A stretch of 59,417 nucleotides of DNA from a candidate division WOR-3 bacterium (GCA_027002825.1 JALWZG010000053.1:613-60029); one strand, 5' to 3'; positions 45,212-55,193 are shown, numbered from the stretch's first letter. Program-made: numbers and translations. The notes: generated from the sequence alone by a model not told the origin.

Positions 45212-46588
45212 ATGCAGCAGATCAGCCCCCCCCACAGCCTTGAAGCCGAAATGGGTCTCCTCTCCGCCTGCCTTTACAAACCGGAGCTGCTCGGAAAGGC
45301 CGTCGTTGAACTTCAGGAGGAGGACTTCTACGATGAGAGGCACAGGTTGCTCTTCTCCGCGCTGAAGTCCCTTTACTCGGAAAGTGGGGTTTTGGACGCC
45401 GCCATACTGCTTGAACACCTGAAAAAGAGGGATATTCTGGAAAAGGTGGGCGGTATCCCCTACCTCTCCGAGATATTTGATAGGGTCAGGGGTACGATTT
45501 CCCTCGCCCTCTTTGAGCAGTACCTCAAAATCGTCAAGGACAAGTCCATAAAGCGCGGGATAATAAACACGTTCTCCGAGACGGTCAGGTTGGCCTACGA
45601 GGACGAACTGGACTCGGACACCCTACTCGACAGGGCGGAGAAGGAGATCTTTGACATGAGGATGCGCACGATAAGGGGGACGCAGTGGATACCCGTCGGC
45701 GAAATAGCGATGAACCTCCTGAACAAGCTGGAGGCCAGGGTAAGCGGGGAGCTACCCCATGAGGCCGTCCCCACGGGTTTCAGGCACCTTGACGAGATAA
45801 CGGGAGGTTTCAGACCCGGTGAGTGGATCATAGTCGCCGCAAGGCCCTCGGTGGGTAAAACGGCATTTGTTCTCAACGTACACAGGAACATGGCCCTGAG
45901 CGGCATACCCACCGCCATGTTTTCCCTTGAGATGAGCGCGGAGGCCATAGCCATGAGGATGCTCTCCATGGAAAGCGGCATACCGATGTACAACCTGAGG
46001 GAGGGCAGGATAGGGCCTAAGGACTTGCCAAGGCTGGCCGACGCCGTGGAGAGGATCATGGAGATGCCCTTTTACATAGACATAACCCACGGGATAGACA
46101 TATTTGAGATACGCAGCAAGGCGAGGATGGTGGTGAAGGAGTACGGGGTCAAGATGATATCCGTTGATTACCTACAGCTTATGGACCTGAAGGGCTTGAG
46201 GGCGAGGAACATGACGAGGGCGGAGGAGCTCGCCAAGATCTCCCGAAGCCTAAAAATACTGGCGGGCGAGCTGAACGTCTCCATAGTGGGCATATCCCAG
46301 GTTAGCAGGGAGGTTGAAAAGAGGGCGGACAAAAAGCCCACCATGGCCGACCTGCGCGAGTCCGGAGCGCTTGAGCAAGATGCGGACATAATCCTCCTGC
46401 TCTACAGACCGGGAAGGTACGATAAGGACGTTGACGAGACGTTGGTTGAGGTGGACGTGGCCAAGAACAGACAGGGCGCGCTGGGGACGGTAAAACTCCA
46501 CTTCTACGCCGAGCGTATGAGGTTTGTGGATTGGGAGGAGGAGGACGAGAGCATAGAGGAGCTGGAAGGGGATTCAATGCCCTTTTAG
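45212..46588 (+). CDS. dnaB: replicative DNA helicase
   Basis: Motifs PHSLEAEMGLLSA, AARPSVGKTAF, ISQVSREVEKR and ESGALEQDADI. At 458 aa there is no intein. Confidence 0.95.
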   Translation: MQQISPPHSLEAEMGLLSACLYKPELLGKAVVELQEEDFYDERHRLLFSALKSLYSESGVLDAAILLEHLKKRDILEKVGGIPYLSEIFDRVRGTISLALFEQYLKIVKDKSIKRGIINTFSETVRLAYEDELDSDTLLDRAEKEIFDMRMRTIRGTQWIPVGEIAMNLLNKLEARVSGELPHEAVPTGFRHLDEITGGFRPGEWIIVAARPSVGKTAFVLNVHRNMALSGIPTAMFSLEMSAEAIAMRMLSMESGIPMYNLREGRIGPKDLPRLADAVERIMEMPFYIDITHGIDIFEIRSKARMVVKEYGVKMISVDYLQLMDLKGLRARNMTRAEELAKISRSLKILAGELNVSIVGISQVSREVEKRADKKPTMADLRESGALEQDADIILLLYRPGRYDKDVDETLVEVDVAKNRQGALGTVKLHFYAERMRFVDWEEEDESIEELEGDSMPF

Positions 46589-46593
46589 GGAAC

Positions 46594-47703
46594 ATGATAC
46601 CTCTTTTTGATCTGAACTGGGATGAAGATGAAAGAAGAGCCGTGATTGAAGTTCTGGAATCGGGGTGGGTTTCCATGGGTCCGAAAACCGGGGAGTATGA
46701 GAGAAAATTGGCAGAATTTTACGGTGTCAGGTACGCCCTTGCGACGTCATCCGGGACCACCGCCCTCACACTCGTCTATGAAGCCTTGGATTTGAAAGGC
46801 TGGGATGTAATACTCCCCTCACTCACCTTTGTCGCGACCGCAAACGCCCTCCTAAAGGTGGGGGCAAATCCCGTTTTTGCGGACGTACACTCGCCAGAGA
46901 TCCCCTTGATATCCGCGGAAACGGTTGAGAGGGTTCTGACCAAAAAAACCAAGGCGGTCGTCTTTGTGAATTACGCCGGCCACGGGGATACCCTTAAAGA
47001 CCTGAAGGAATTCTGCGACAAGCGGGGTTTGATCCTCATAGAGGACGCCTCCCACGCCCACGGCGCTGAATATCCCGGAGGTATGGCCGGCACCTTCGGT
47101 GTGGCAGGCGCCTTCAGCACATTTGCCAACAAAAATCTCAGCACGGGTGAAGGCGGGTACGTCATAACCGACGATGAAAACCTGTACAAAAGGATGAAAC
47201 TCCTCAGGTCCCACGGTATGACGTCCTCATCCTGGGAGAGGTTGAAAGGCAGGGAGGAGTTCTACGATGTGGTTGAGGTGGGGTTCAACTTCAGGATATC
47301 CGAAATCCACGCGGCTATCGGCCTGGCCAACCTGAGGAAATTGAAGAGGGAAAACGAAAAGAGGAGGGGGATCGTCAGGTATTACAGGGGTCTTTTGAGG
47401 GAAACCCTGCCCGAGGTTGGTATTCCGTTTTCGGAAAACTCCCCCTCATCCCACTACATCTTCCCCGTTCTGCTGCCGGAGGGGGTGGACAGGAGCGCCG
47501 TCAGGAGGAGGATGTACGAGATGGGCGTATACACCAGCATACACTATCCGCCCGTCCATCTTTTCAAAATTTATGCCGGCAGGGGTGCGAGGCTGCCCAA
47601 CACCGAGGAGTACGCCCGAAGGACGCTCACTCTTCCCCTGTGGGGGAACATGGGAGAGGAGAAGGTTGAAAGGGTTGTGGAGGTCCTGAAAAGGGCGCTT
47701 TAA
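46594..47703 (+). CDS. DegT/DnrJ/EryC1/StrS-family sugar aminotransferase
   Basis: Motifs GWVSMGPKTGEYE, ATSSGTTAL and NKNLSTGEGG (PLP Lys region). The ORF-track start at 46531 lies inside dnaB. Confidence 0.85.
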   Translation: MIPLFDLNWDEDERRAVIEVLESGWVSMGPKTGEYERKLAEFYGVRYALATSSGTTALTLVYEALDLKGWDVILPSLTFVATANALLKVGANPVFADVHSPEIPLISAETVERVLTKKTKAVVFVNYAGHGDTLKDLKEFCDKRGLILIEDASHAHGAEYPGGMAGTFGVAGAFSTFANKNLSTGEGGYVITDDENLYKRMKLLRSHGMTSSSWERLKGREEFYDVVEVGFNFRISEIHAAIGLANLRKLKRENEKRRGIVRYYRGLLRETLPEVGIPFSENSPSSHYIFPVLLPEGVDRSAVRRRMYEMGVYTSIHYPPVHLFKIYAGRGARLPNTEEYARRTLTLPLWGNMGEEKVERVVEVLKRAL

Positions 47704-47738
47704 CGGAGTACACCCTTCACCTTTAAAATCCCAACATC

Positions 47739-48569
47739 ATGAGGCGTGTACTGTTGCCGTTTTTATTGGTGGGCATCCTTTTGGGATGTCGCAAGGACAC
47801 AGGCACGGGGCCGGACGGTGGGGATGGAAACGGTGAGGAGCAGCCGCCCATCACCTACACCTCCGCCGATAGCACCCGGAACTACTTCGGCCTCTCAGGT
47901 GTTTTCGTATACAGGGACAGCACCTACATCTTCAGCTCCTCCTCCTTCACGACGGATACGGTCAAGAGGACCTTTTTGGACACCTCCTTCGTGGACCCCA
48001 AACTCTACGTACCCTTTAAGGATTCGCTCTACGCAAGCGGCAGGGTGAACACGGACACGTTTGAGATAAGGGCGGAGACCCTGTACCTCAACATCAGCAT
48101 ATCCTGGGACACGACCTACATAGGGAGCATAAGGTACCTGTACGGCGTCAGGCCGCTGAGCGTCGGACAGAGCTGGACCCCTGTAAACGTCGGAACGTAC
48201 CCCCTCAGCGGCACAATCGTCCAGCCCGATACCACCAACAACTGCACAACCTACGTGTACTTTGACTCCCTGAAGGTGGACTCCTCCTTTGCCCAGGTCC
48301 TGGCGCAGGTCTCATTCTCAACACCCCTGCAGAATTTCACGGATGTGTTCCAGAACCTCTACAGGGTGCATTCAAGGATATTCATACACACGGTGGGAAC
48401 GGGTAGTGGATGCTACACCCTCCAGCTTTACGCCCTCACCGACGTGATAGACACGACCTATATAAAGGACGGCTACGGAATAGTAGGCTCAACCTCCCTC
48501 AACAGGATAAGCATCCCGCTCCTCATGACGGACTCAACCACAACCCACAGGGTTCTTGTAGGGAGATGA
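47739..48569 (+). CDS. hypothetical lipoprotein
   Basis: Lipobox LLVGILLGCRKD, a Thr/Ser-rich composition, and no recognised domain. Confidence 0.5.
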   Translation: MRRVLLPFLLVGILLGCRKDTGTGPDGGDGNGEEQPPITYTSADSTRNYFGLSGVFVYRDSTYIFSSSSFTTDTVKRTFLDTSFVDPKLYVPFKDSLYASGRVNTDTFEIRAETLYLNISISWDTTYIGSIRYLYGVRPLSVGQSWTPVNVGTYPLSGTIVQPDTTNNCTTYVYFDSLKVDSSFAQVLAQVSFSTPLQNFTDVFQNLYRVHSRIFIHTVGTGSGCYTLQLYALTDVIDTTYIKDGYGIVGSTSLNRISIPLLMTDSTTTHRVLVGR

Positions 48570-48805
48570 AGGAGATCACGCTTGACACCACGGTTGAAGA
48601 GGTGGTCCTGCGCTACCCCGAATCCGTTGACATCTTCTTCAAGTACGGCATACCCGCCATAGCGTGCGGCTCCCCCATATGGGGGACCATCGGCGAGAAC
48701 GCCCAAAAGTACGGGGTTGAGGACGTTGAAGGACTTCTGCGTGAGCTGAACGACCTCGCGAGGAAAAAGGGCGGAGGGTTTGACATAAGGATAAGTGTTG
48801 ACTGA
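48566..48805 (+). CDS. DUF1858-like small protein (hybrid-cluster-protein-associated redox disulfide domain type)
   Basis: MKEITLDTTVEEVVLRYPESVDIFFKYGIPAIACGSP. The ATG overlaps the upstream TGA (ATGA). Confidence 0.6.
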   Translation: MKEITLDTTVEEVVLRYPESVDIFFKYGIPAIACGSPIWGTIGENAQKYGVEDVEGLLRELNDLARKKGGGFDIRISVD

Positions 48806-49259
48806 GGACCTGCTCTGCCTGAAAAGGGTTCTCGTGGGCGAGGGGTTGAAGGTGGCGACGGCTGAGTCCTGTACGGGTGGTGCCCTCGCCCACGCCCTGA
48901 CATCAATACCCGGTTCTTCGGAGTACTTCCTCGGGGGTATCGTGGCGTACTCAACGGACGTGAAAACGGAAATCCTCGGTGTCCGGAAGGAAACGGTTGA
49001 GAGGTACGGCGTATACTCGGAGGAGGTGGTGAGGGAGATGGCCGAAGGCGCGTGCAGGCTAACGGGTGCGGACCTGTGTCTGGCCACCAGCGGTGAGTTC
49101 AACGGTAGGGGTTTCTTCTATTACTGCCTTCTCTGGAGAGGCGTGTACCTATGCGGTAAGGAGTACGTATCCGGTGATAGGGTGGAGATGAAGGAGAGGG
49201 CGGTGGCATTTCTGCTGAGGAGGGTTTTGAAGGTTGTACTCTCGGACGTTCGGCCTTAA
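48795..49259 (+). CDS. CinA C-terminal domain protein (nicotinamide-nucleotide amidohydrolase PncC-like)
   Basis: TAESCTGGALAHALTSIPGSSEYFLGGIVAYS. Confidence 0.8.
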   Translation: MLTEDLLCLKRVLVGEGLKVATAESCTGGALAHALTSIPGSSEYFLGGIVAYSTDVKTEILGVRKETVERYGVYSEEVVREMAEGACRLTGADLCLATSGEFNGRGFFYYCLLWRGVYLCGKEYVSGDRVEMKERAVAFLLRRVLKVVLSDVRP

Positions 49260-49273
49260 AATATCCGTCTCAG

Positions 49274-49345
49274 GCGGGCGTAGCTCAGGGGTAGAGCACC
49301 AGCTTCCCAAGCTGGGGGTCGCGGGTTCGAATCCCGTCGCCCGCT
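49274..49345 (+). tRNA. tRNA-Gly (anticodon CCC)
   Basis: Sequence GCGGGCGTAGCTCAGGGGTAGAGCACCAGCTTCCCAAGCTGG...GGTTCGAATCCCGTCGCCCGCT. No CCA is encoded. Confidence 0.92.
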
Positions 49346-49353
49346 TTTCCGTT

Positions 49354-49785
49354 GTGGTGGTGTTGATAACGGCATGTGGTAGGAAAAAGGAGGAAACCCC
49401 GCAGAAGGCCTGGAAGCTGTACAGGTCATCACGGATACGCTATCTGAAAAAGGTGGCTGACAGGGTGGGGGTGAGGTTTCTCATACTGAGCGCGGAGTAC
49501 GGTCTGGTGGACTCCGAGGAGGTGATAGCTCCTTACGAGAGGGTTATGGACGAGAAGAGGTGTGATGCCCTAATACATCAGATGGTCGAGAAGCTCTCCC
49601 GGCTGGGCGTCAGTAAGGTTGTCTTCTACAGGGGTGGGGCGAGAAAATCCTATTTTCTGTGCCTTCAGCGGGCATGTGGAATTTTAAACCTGCCTTTGGT
49701 GTCGCTCGGCTATGCCAACATGGGCGGCATACGCGAGGTGGAGGAGGTGTTGAAAAGGGCGCATGATACCGTTTTTCGTGGTTGA
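49354..49785 (+). CDS. DUF6884-like protein (unknown function)
   Basis: Pattern LITACGRKKE...AWKLYRSS...FLILSAEYGLVDSEEVIAPYE matches what I recall of DUF6884 (N-terminal C..K, SA.YGL, PY). The ORF-track start (49234) runs through the tRNA. The first in-frame GTG is at 49354, 8 nt after the tRNA. Confidence 0.55.
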   Translation: MVVLITACGRKKEETPQKAWKLYRSSRIRYLKKVADRVGVRFLILSAEYGLVDSEEVIAPYERVMDEKRCDALIHQMVEKLSRLGVSKVVFYRGGARKSYFLCLQRACGILNLPLVSLGYANMGGIREVEEVLKRAHDTVFRG

Positions 49786-50767
49786 CAGAAGGGTCTCCCT
49801 GGAAATACTGAAAGGTCTCTTCCTCAAGCTCCCGGACAAGACCTTCGGACTGATGGGAAACGTCCACGTTTCCAACAGGTTCATAGAGCTCTTCAGGGAC
49901 TTCCCCTACGGGACCGCCCTCAAGTACTGCGATGATATGGGGATAACCCCCGAGGACGCCGACGAGATGATAAGGGACAGGATCGTGAGGTTTGCCGACA
50001 GCGGGGTGTTCCAGCGGAGGAGGTTTTCCTATGAAGAGCTTTTCATCCGCTACGAGCAGATGGGGACGGATTACGGGAGTATTGTGGATTTCATATACGA
50101 CCCGGAAAGGACCCTGGAGAGCGCGGAGGCTGCCATGAGGGCTTACAGGAGGGGAAATTACGGGTTTAAGCTGGTGGGTGTGGCCCAGGGGGTGCGCCTT
50201 GAGGACTACATCAGGAGCTGGGAGAGGTTGAAAAGGATGGGCTACGAGTACATAGCGATAGGTGGTCTGTTAAAGCGTACGGCGAACAGCAACTTCCTCT
50301 CCCTGAGGAATGACAGCGTATACTACATACAGGAGGTGGTCTCAAGGATCAGGGAGAACTTCGGTGAGGGGGAGTGGATATTCCTCTTCGGGGCTTTTTC
50401 ACCGCGGAGGGCTAAACTCCTGAAAAACCTCGGCATATATGGGGCGGATTACAAGGGGTGGCTTTACCACTACGAGGACGATTACTCCTTTGTGCCTGAG
50501 TATTTGAGCGGTTTGGCCGAAAGGTACGGCGTTTCCGAGGAGGACGTCAAGAGGGTGCGACTTCTGGTCGGTGAGTACGCCTCCTACAAGAGGCGGGGCT
50601 ACAGGCTCACGTATTTCAGGTCGGACGACGACCTCAGGAGATCCAAAAAGATAAGGGAGCTGAAGGGGGAGATAGACCGGACCTTGAAAAAGTACGGCTT
50701 AAACCTCCAGTTCTTCAGGTTTATGAGGACGAGGGACAGACTCTACGAGATCCTGAAGGGTGTTTGA
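49763..50767 (+). CDS. TGT-fold (tRNA-guanine transglycosylase / DpdA-like) protein
   Basis: Three motifs match TGT equivalents: FADSGVFQ (TGT DSGGFQ), YIAIGGLL (TGT AIGGLSVGE) and FLFGAFSPRR (TGT LMGVGTP). No Zn-binding Cys cluster is present. The gene overlaps the upstream ORF by 23 nt. Confidence 0.5.
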   Translation: MIPFFVVDRRVSLEILKGLFLKLPDKTFGLMGNVHVSNRFIELFRDFPYGTALKYCDDMGITPEDADEMIRDRIVRFADSGVFQRRRFSYEELFIRYEQMGTDYGSIVDFIYDPERTLESAEAAMRAYRRGNYGFKLVGVAQGVRLEDYIRSWERLKRMGYEYIAIGGLLKRTANSNFLSLRNDSVYYIQEVVSRIRENFGEGEWIFLFGAFSPRRAKLLKNLGIYGADYKGWLYHYEDDYSFVPEYLSGLAERYGVSEEDVKRVRLLVGEYASYKRRGYRLTYFRSDDDLRRSKKIRELKGEIDRTLKKYGLNLQFFRFMRTRDRLYEILKGV

Positions 50768-51638
50768 CACGTTTAGAATTCCCCACTTGAGGGGACACGT
50801 GGTCTACAAAAAGGGCCCCCATCTGGGGGTTGAGGTGGGAGAACGGGTTTTCATCTCGCTTCCGAGGAAAAGGTTGAGGGGTCAGGTTTACGTGGGTGAT
50901 TTCGTTGAGGTGGATGTGGTGGATGACAGACACGTGCGCATAAAGGAGGTGTACGAGAGGAAAAACCTCCTACCCAAACCCAAGGTGGCAAACGTGGATC
51001 TGCTGGTGGCCGTCTTTTCCCTCAGACTACCCAAGCTTGACAACCTCCACCTGGATTCGGTCCTCGCCATATCGGAGAAGTACGGGGTTGACTCCCTCGT
51101 CGTCCTGAACAAGTTGGATCTGGCCGGTGAGGAGGAGTTCTTGAGGTGGAGGTCGGTATACGAGGGTGCGGGGTACAGTGTTATAGGCACAAGTGCCATA
51201 ACCGGGGAGGGGCTTGAACGTCTGAAAGCGGAGATATCCGGTAAGACGGTGGTTTTGGCCGGACCCTCAGGAGCGGGGAAGACAAGCATTATAAGAAAGC
51301 TCGCTCCGGGGGTTAACCTGAAGGTGGGCAGGATAGGGAGGCACGGCAGGGGTAGGCACACCACGACGGACATAACCTTGGTGAAACTTCCCGAGGGTGG
51401 TTATGTGTGCGATACCCCCGGTTTTGCCAAGGTTGAGATCTCCTTTTTCGTCGGTAGGGATGAGCTCCCCAGACTCTACAGGGAGTTTCGCAGGTTCTCC
51501 TGTAGGTTTTCCGACTGCACCCATACGCACGAGCCGGGGTGTGGCGTCCTCGGAAACGTGGGGGAGGAACCGGGAAAGGTCCACCCGGAGAGGTACAGGA
51601 CGTACAGGGTTCTCCTTGAAAAACTACAACGTGTTTGA
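50760..51638 (+). CDS. rsgA: ribosome small-subunit-dependent GTPase A
   Basis: Motifs VLNKLDL, LAGPSGAGKTS, DTPGF and the Zn knuckle CRFSDCTHTHEPGC. The likely leaderless start is TTG 50787. Confidence 0.85.
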   Translation: MFDTFRIPHLRGHVVYKKGPHLGVEVGERVFISLPRKRLRGQVYVGDFVEVDVVDDRHVRIKEVYERKNLLPKPKVANVDLLVAVFSLRLPKLDNLHLDSVLAISEKYGVDSLVVLNKLDLAGEEEFLRWRSVYEGAGYSVIGTSAITGEGLERLKAEISGKTVVLAGPSGAGKTSIIRKLAPGVNLKVGRIGRHGRGRHTTTDITLVKLPEGGYVCDTPGFAKVEISFFVGRDELPRLYREFRRFSCRFSDCTHTHEPGCGVLGNVGEEPGKVHPERYRTYRVLLEKLQRV

Positions 51639-51700
51639 TTTTGCACACCCCCCGGCAACCGCCTCCCCCCCATCGCACAGTCCCCCTAATAATACCCGCT

Positions 51701-53152
51701 ATGGTTTTGGACAGGATAGCCGAAGCCTATGACAGGATGCAGGAGGAGCTCCTGAGGGAGTCCTATCTCCTCGGAGCGGGCATAAAGGAACAACCGGAGT
51801 ACAGGAGGATATACGAATCCTACGGCGACCTCTACTCCATGGAAACAATAACCGCTTTGATAAAGGAGAAGCTCTCCCTCCACGAGGACGCACCGGACGA
51901 GATGTTTGACGTTTACGATAGGGCGATCTTTACGCTGCTCTCCCTCTACCTGAGCAACAGGCTTGTAAAGGACCACGAGGAGATGGACAGGTACGAGATG
52001 GGTGCGGTGGTTGAGGTCAGGGGGAAGAGGTACCCCTACCGGATGCTCCCCCTCATCCTGCAAAAGGAGGAAAAAAGGGAAAGGCGTTCCGAGATATTCC
52101 ACGCCTCCCTTCCGATCGTAAATCGCCTGACGGATATGAAGCTCGGGATCTACAGAAAGGCCTTGAGCGTCGTCCGCCGGGAATTCGGGTATCCCAACCT
52201 GTTGGACTACCATTCGCACGAGAAGAAGGAGGACATAGCATCCTATTCCAAGAAGATGGAGGGATTCCTCTCGGAAACCTACGAGGAGTACCGGGAACTC
52301 GCCGAGAGGTTTTTCTCACTCCTCGGCCTCGGATGGGGGGAGGTTGAGGGCTACGATATACCCTACCTCCTGTCCGGAATCCCGTTCAAGACGCGGATGA
52401 AGGTATCAAGCCTACAGGCCTTGAGGGAAACCCTCAAAAGGGGAGGGATAGACGTTGATGGACTTGGGAATTTGAGGATAGACTCCGAAATAAGGCCTAA
52501 GAAATCTCCGAGGGCCTTCTGCGCACCCGTCAGGATACCGGACGAGATTTACGTGGTCGTGAAACCCTCAGGAAACTTTTCCGACGTCCTCACCCTCTTC
52601 CACGAGATGGGCCACGCCCTGCACTTCGCGTTCACCGATAGGGACCTACCCGTCGTGTTCAAGAGGATGGGCAGGGTTGGGACCTCCGAGGTTTTCTCCT
52701 TCAACCTGCAGTACATAACGGATCAGGTGGAGTGGCTCTCCGTCTTTGTGAGGGATTTGGACGAGGAGTTCCTGCGGTTCAGGAGGTTTGCCTATCTCTT
52801 TTACAGGCGCAGGTACGCCGCAAAGGTGATATACGAGAGCAGAATCCTCGCCGGAGATAGGTGGGAGGAGGAGGGTCCACGGGTTTACGAGGAGGTCCTA
52901 ACAGGTGCCACGGGTGTGCATCACCACCCGGCAAAGTATTTTCTGGACATGGACTGGGGGTTTTACTCCTTGGAGTACTCCCAGGCCTGGGAGGTTGAGG
53001 TGGTCCTGAGGGAGAGGCTGAGGGAGGAGTTCGGAGGTGATTGGTTCTTCAAGCCCGAGGCCTACGAGTTCCTAAAGTCCTTGTGGTCTTACGGCCTGAG
53101 GTACCCACCCTACCGGATATCCACTGGGATTTTGGGCGTTCCCCTCTCCTAA
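51701..53152 (+). CDS. M3-family oligoendopeptidase (PepF-like)
   Basis: Zinc motif HEMGHALH. The start is set at ATG 51701 (MVLDRIAEAY); the ORF-track extension from 51635 is Pro-rich and implausible. Confidence 0.75.
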   Translation: MVLDRIAEAYDRMQEELLRESYLLGAGIKEQPEYRRIYESYGDLYSMETITALIKEKLSLHEDAPDEMFDVYDRAIFTLLSLYLSNRLVKDHEEMDRYEMGAVVEVRGKRYPYRMLPLILQKEEKRERRSEIFHASLPIVNRLTDMKLGIYRKALSVVRREFGYPNLLDYHSHEKKEDIASYSKKMEGFLSETYEEYRELAERFFSLLGLGWGEVEGYDIPYLLSGIPFKTRMKVSSLQALRETLKRGGIDVDGLGNLRIDSEIRPKKSPRAFCAPVRIPDEIYVVVKPSGNFSDVLTLFHEMGHALHFAFTDRDLPVVFKRMGRVGTSEVFSFNLQYITDQVEWLSVFVRDLDEEFLRFRRFAYLFYRRRYAAKVIYESRILAGDRWEEEGPRVYEEVLTGATGVHHHPAKYFLDMDWGFYSLEYSQAWEVEVVLRERLREEFGGDWFFKPEAYEFLKSLWSYGLRYPPYRISTGILGVPLS

Positions 53153-53868
53153 AGCCCATGCCTCTCCGCCCAAAGGCCGCAGAGTATCAGCAGCACCACA
53201 CCTATGAGAAACCTCAAAACCTCCGAGAGGAGCATTACGGAGTTTATGTTCCTGAGTCCCTCCACACCGCTTATTTCGGGCAGGGAATCGGGTGATATGA
53301 AGCGCAGGGGGTCAACCCATCCAAGGACCCAACTTATGAGTGCGAACATGAGGACGGCGAAGAACCACTTTGCCGGCATGTCCTTCGCGACGAAGGCCGC
53401 TATCAGACTGACGTTCAGCATTACGAGGTATTTGGCGTAAAGGACGGCGAGTGAGAGGTGTAAATCCGCCTGTTGGAAAATTCGGGCTATCTCCACCGCC
53501 CTGCCCGAAAGCATGTACTGGAGGATCACGAACGAGCCTAAGAGGAACACGAGAAAATAGCCCGTGGCCTGAATCCAAAGCCATATCCCCTTTGAGAGGA
53601 GGACGTAAACCCTGCTCACGGGTAGTGTGTTTATGAACTCGTAAACCCTCCCCTGCCTGTCAAGGAAATAGGTGGCCATGCCCGCCACCATGCTCCACAC
53701 GAACAGACCGGAGATCGTGAGGAAAACGAACACGATGGCCACATCCCTCCCCCTGTGGGCGTTGTACACCCCCAAACCCATGAGTGAGGAGACTATGAGT
53801 AGGTTGGCGAAAAACCAACCCAAAGAAAGCCTTATCTCCTTGTAGAGAAGGACAGGTAAGTGTTTCAT
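53149..53868 (-). CDS. multi-pass membrane protein (ABC-2-permease-like, tentative)
   Basis: Six hydrophobic segments and no catalytic motif. Confidence 0.45.
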   Translation of the reverse strand: MKHLPVLLYKEIRLSLGWFFANLLIVSSLMGLGVYNAHRGRDVAIVFVFLTISGLFVWSMVAGMATYFLDRQGRVYEFINTLPVSRVYVLLSKGIWLWIQATGYFLVFLLGSFVILQYMLSGRAVEIARIFQQADLHLSLAVLYAKYLVMLNVSLIAAFVAKDMPAKWFFAVLMFALISWVLGWVDPLRFISPDSLPEISGVEGLRNINSVMLLSEVLRFLIGVVLLILCGLWAERHGL

Positions 53869-53879
53869 GCGGCGGTGGT

Positions 53880-55193
53880 TTAAATCTCCCTTAAGGCCTG
53901 CAAGAGGCCGTCTATGTCCTCCCTTGTGTGTTTGTCCGTAAAGGCGAACAGGAGGTGGTTCTCACCCAGATCGGGCAGTGAAGGGCCTACTAAGAAACCC
54001 CTGTCTATCAGGGCGTCTATAAGGGTATCGGAGGGTATGGGTCCCTTTACCGCCACTTCCCTGAAGCTCAGACCTGAGAAGGCCACCTCATAACCCTTTG
54101 GAAGGTTCTTCGTGAAGTACACGGTTTTGGCGAGGGTGGTCAAGGCGTTCTTCTTTATCCCTTCCCTTCCCAAGAGGGCGGTGTACACGGCCGCGGCGAG
54201 GGCCATCAGCTGGTTGTTTGTGCATATGTTGGAGGTGGCCTTGGCCCTCCTTATGTGCTGCTCCCTCGTCTGGAGTGTCGTCACGAACCCCCTACGTCCG
54301 TCAACGTCCGTGGTCTCCGCCACGATCCTTCCGGGCATTTGGCGTATGTACCTCTTCCAAGAGGTCATGATCCCCAGATACGGCCCCCCAAAACCGAGAG
54401 GTAGGCCGAGGACCTGACCCTCGGCCGTGGCTATGTCCGCCCTTACCTCGCCGGGTGGGACGAGGACCGAAGCCCCTATGGGATCGTAATGCACCAGGAG
54501 GAGAGTTCCCCTTTCCTTCACGGCGGGTCCGAGCGTGCGCAGGTTTTCCACCACGCCGAAGTGGTTGGGGGACTGTACGACCACGGCGGCCGTATCATCG
54601 TCTATCTTTGAAAGGAGCTCCGGCAGATCGATCTCACCGGAGGGTGTAAAACCCACCTCATCAACCTCTGCGAAATCGGGTAGGTAGGTGTCCACCACCA
54701 TCCTGTAGAGGGGATTGAGGGATCTGGGAAGTATCACCTTGTACCTCTTTTTGAGGCGGAAGGCCATAAGCACGGCCTCGGCCAGGGCTGTTGCCCCGTC
54801 GTACATGGAGGAGTTGGAAACCTCCATCCCGGCTATCTCGGCCATGAGACTCTGGAACTCGTACATGGCCTGGAGCGTGCCTTGTGAGACCTCCGGTTGA
54901 TAGGGTGTGTACGCCGTGTAAAACTCCGATCTCAGGAGTACATGGTTGACGACGGAAGGGGTGTGGACGTCGTACGCCCCACCCCCCGCGAAAACCTTCA
55001 GGTCCCACCTGTTCAGGGATGCGATGTGGAGGATGTGGGCGTAGAGCTCGCTCTCGCTCATACGTGGTATGTTCGGCGTGGGCATAAAAGCCTCCCCTCC
55101 CACCGCCTCTCTCATGAGCTCCTCCTGAGAGGAGAAGCCGAGCGCCCTGAGCATCTCGGCCCTGTCCCTTTCTCCCAGTGATAGGTACCTCAT
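53880..55193 (-). CDS. gcvPA: glycine dehydrogenase (decarboxylating) subunit 1
   Basis: Motifs FAGGGAYDVHTPSV, YTPYQPEVSQGTLQ and TREQHIRRAKATSNICTN. Confidence 0.9.
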   Translation of the reverse strand: MRYLSLGERDRAEMLRALGFSSQEELMREAVGGEAFMPTPNIPRMSESELYAHILHIASLNRWDLKVFAGGGAYDVHTPSVVNHVLLRSEFYTAYTPYQPEVSQGTLQAMYEFQSLMAEIAGMEVSNSSMYDGATALAEAVLMAFRLKKRYKVILPRSLNPLYRMVVDTYLPDFAEVDEVGFTPSGEIDLPELLSKIDDDTAAVVVQSPNHFGVVENLRTLGPAVKERGTLLLVHYDPIGASVLVPPGEVRADIATAEGQVLGLPLGFGGPYLGIMTSWKRYIRQMPGRIVAETTDVDGRRGFVTTLQTREQHIRRAKATSNICTNNQLMALAAAVYTALLGREGIKKNALTTLAKTVYFTKNLPKGYEVAFSGLSFREVAVKGPIPSDTLIDALIDRGFLVGPSLPDLGENHLLFAFTDKHTREDIDGLLQALREI

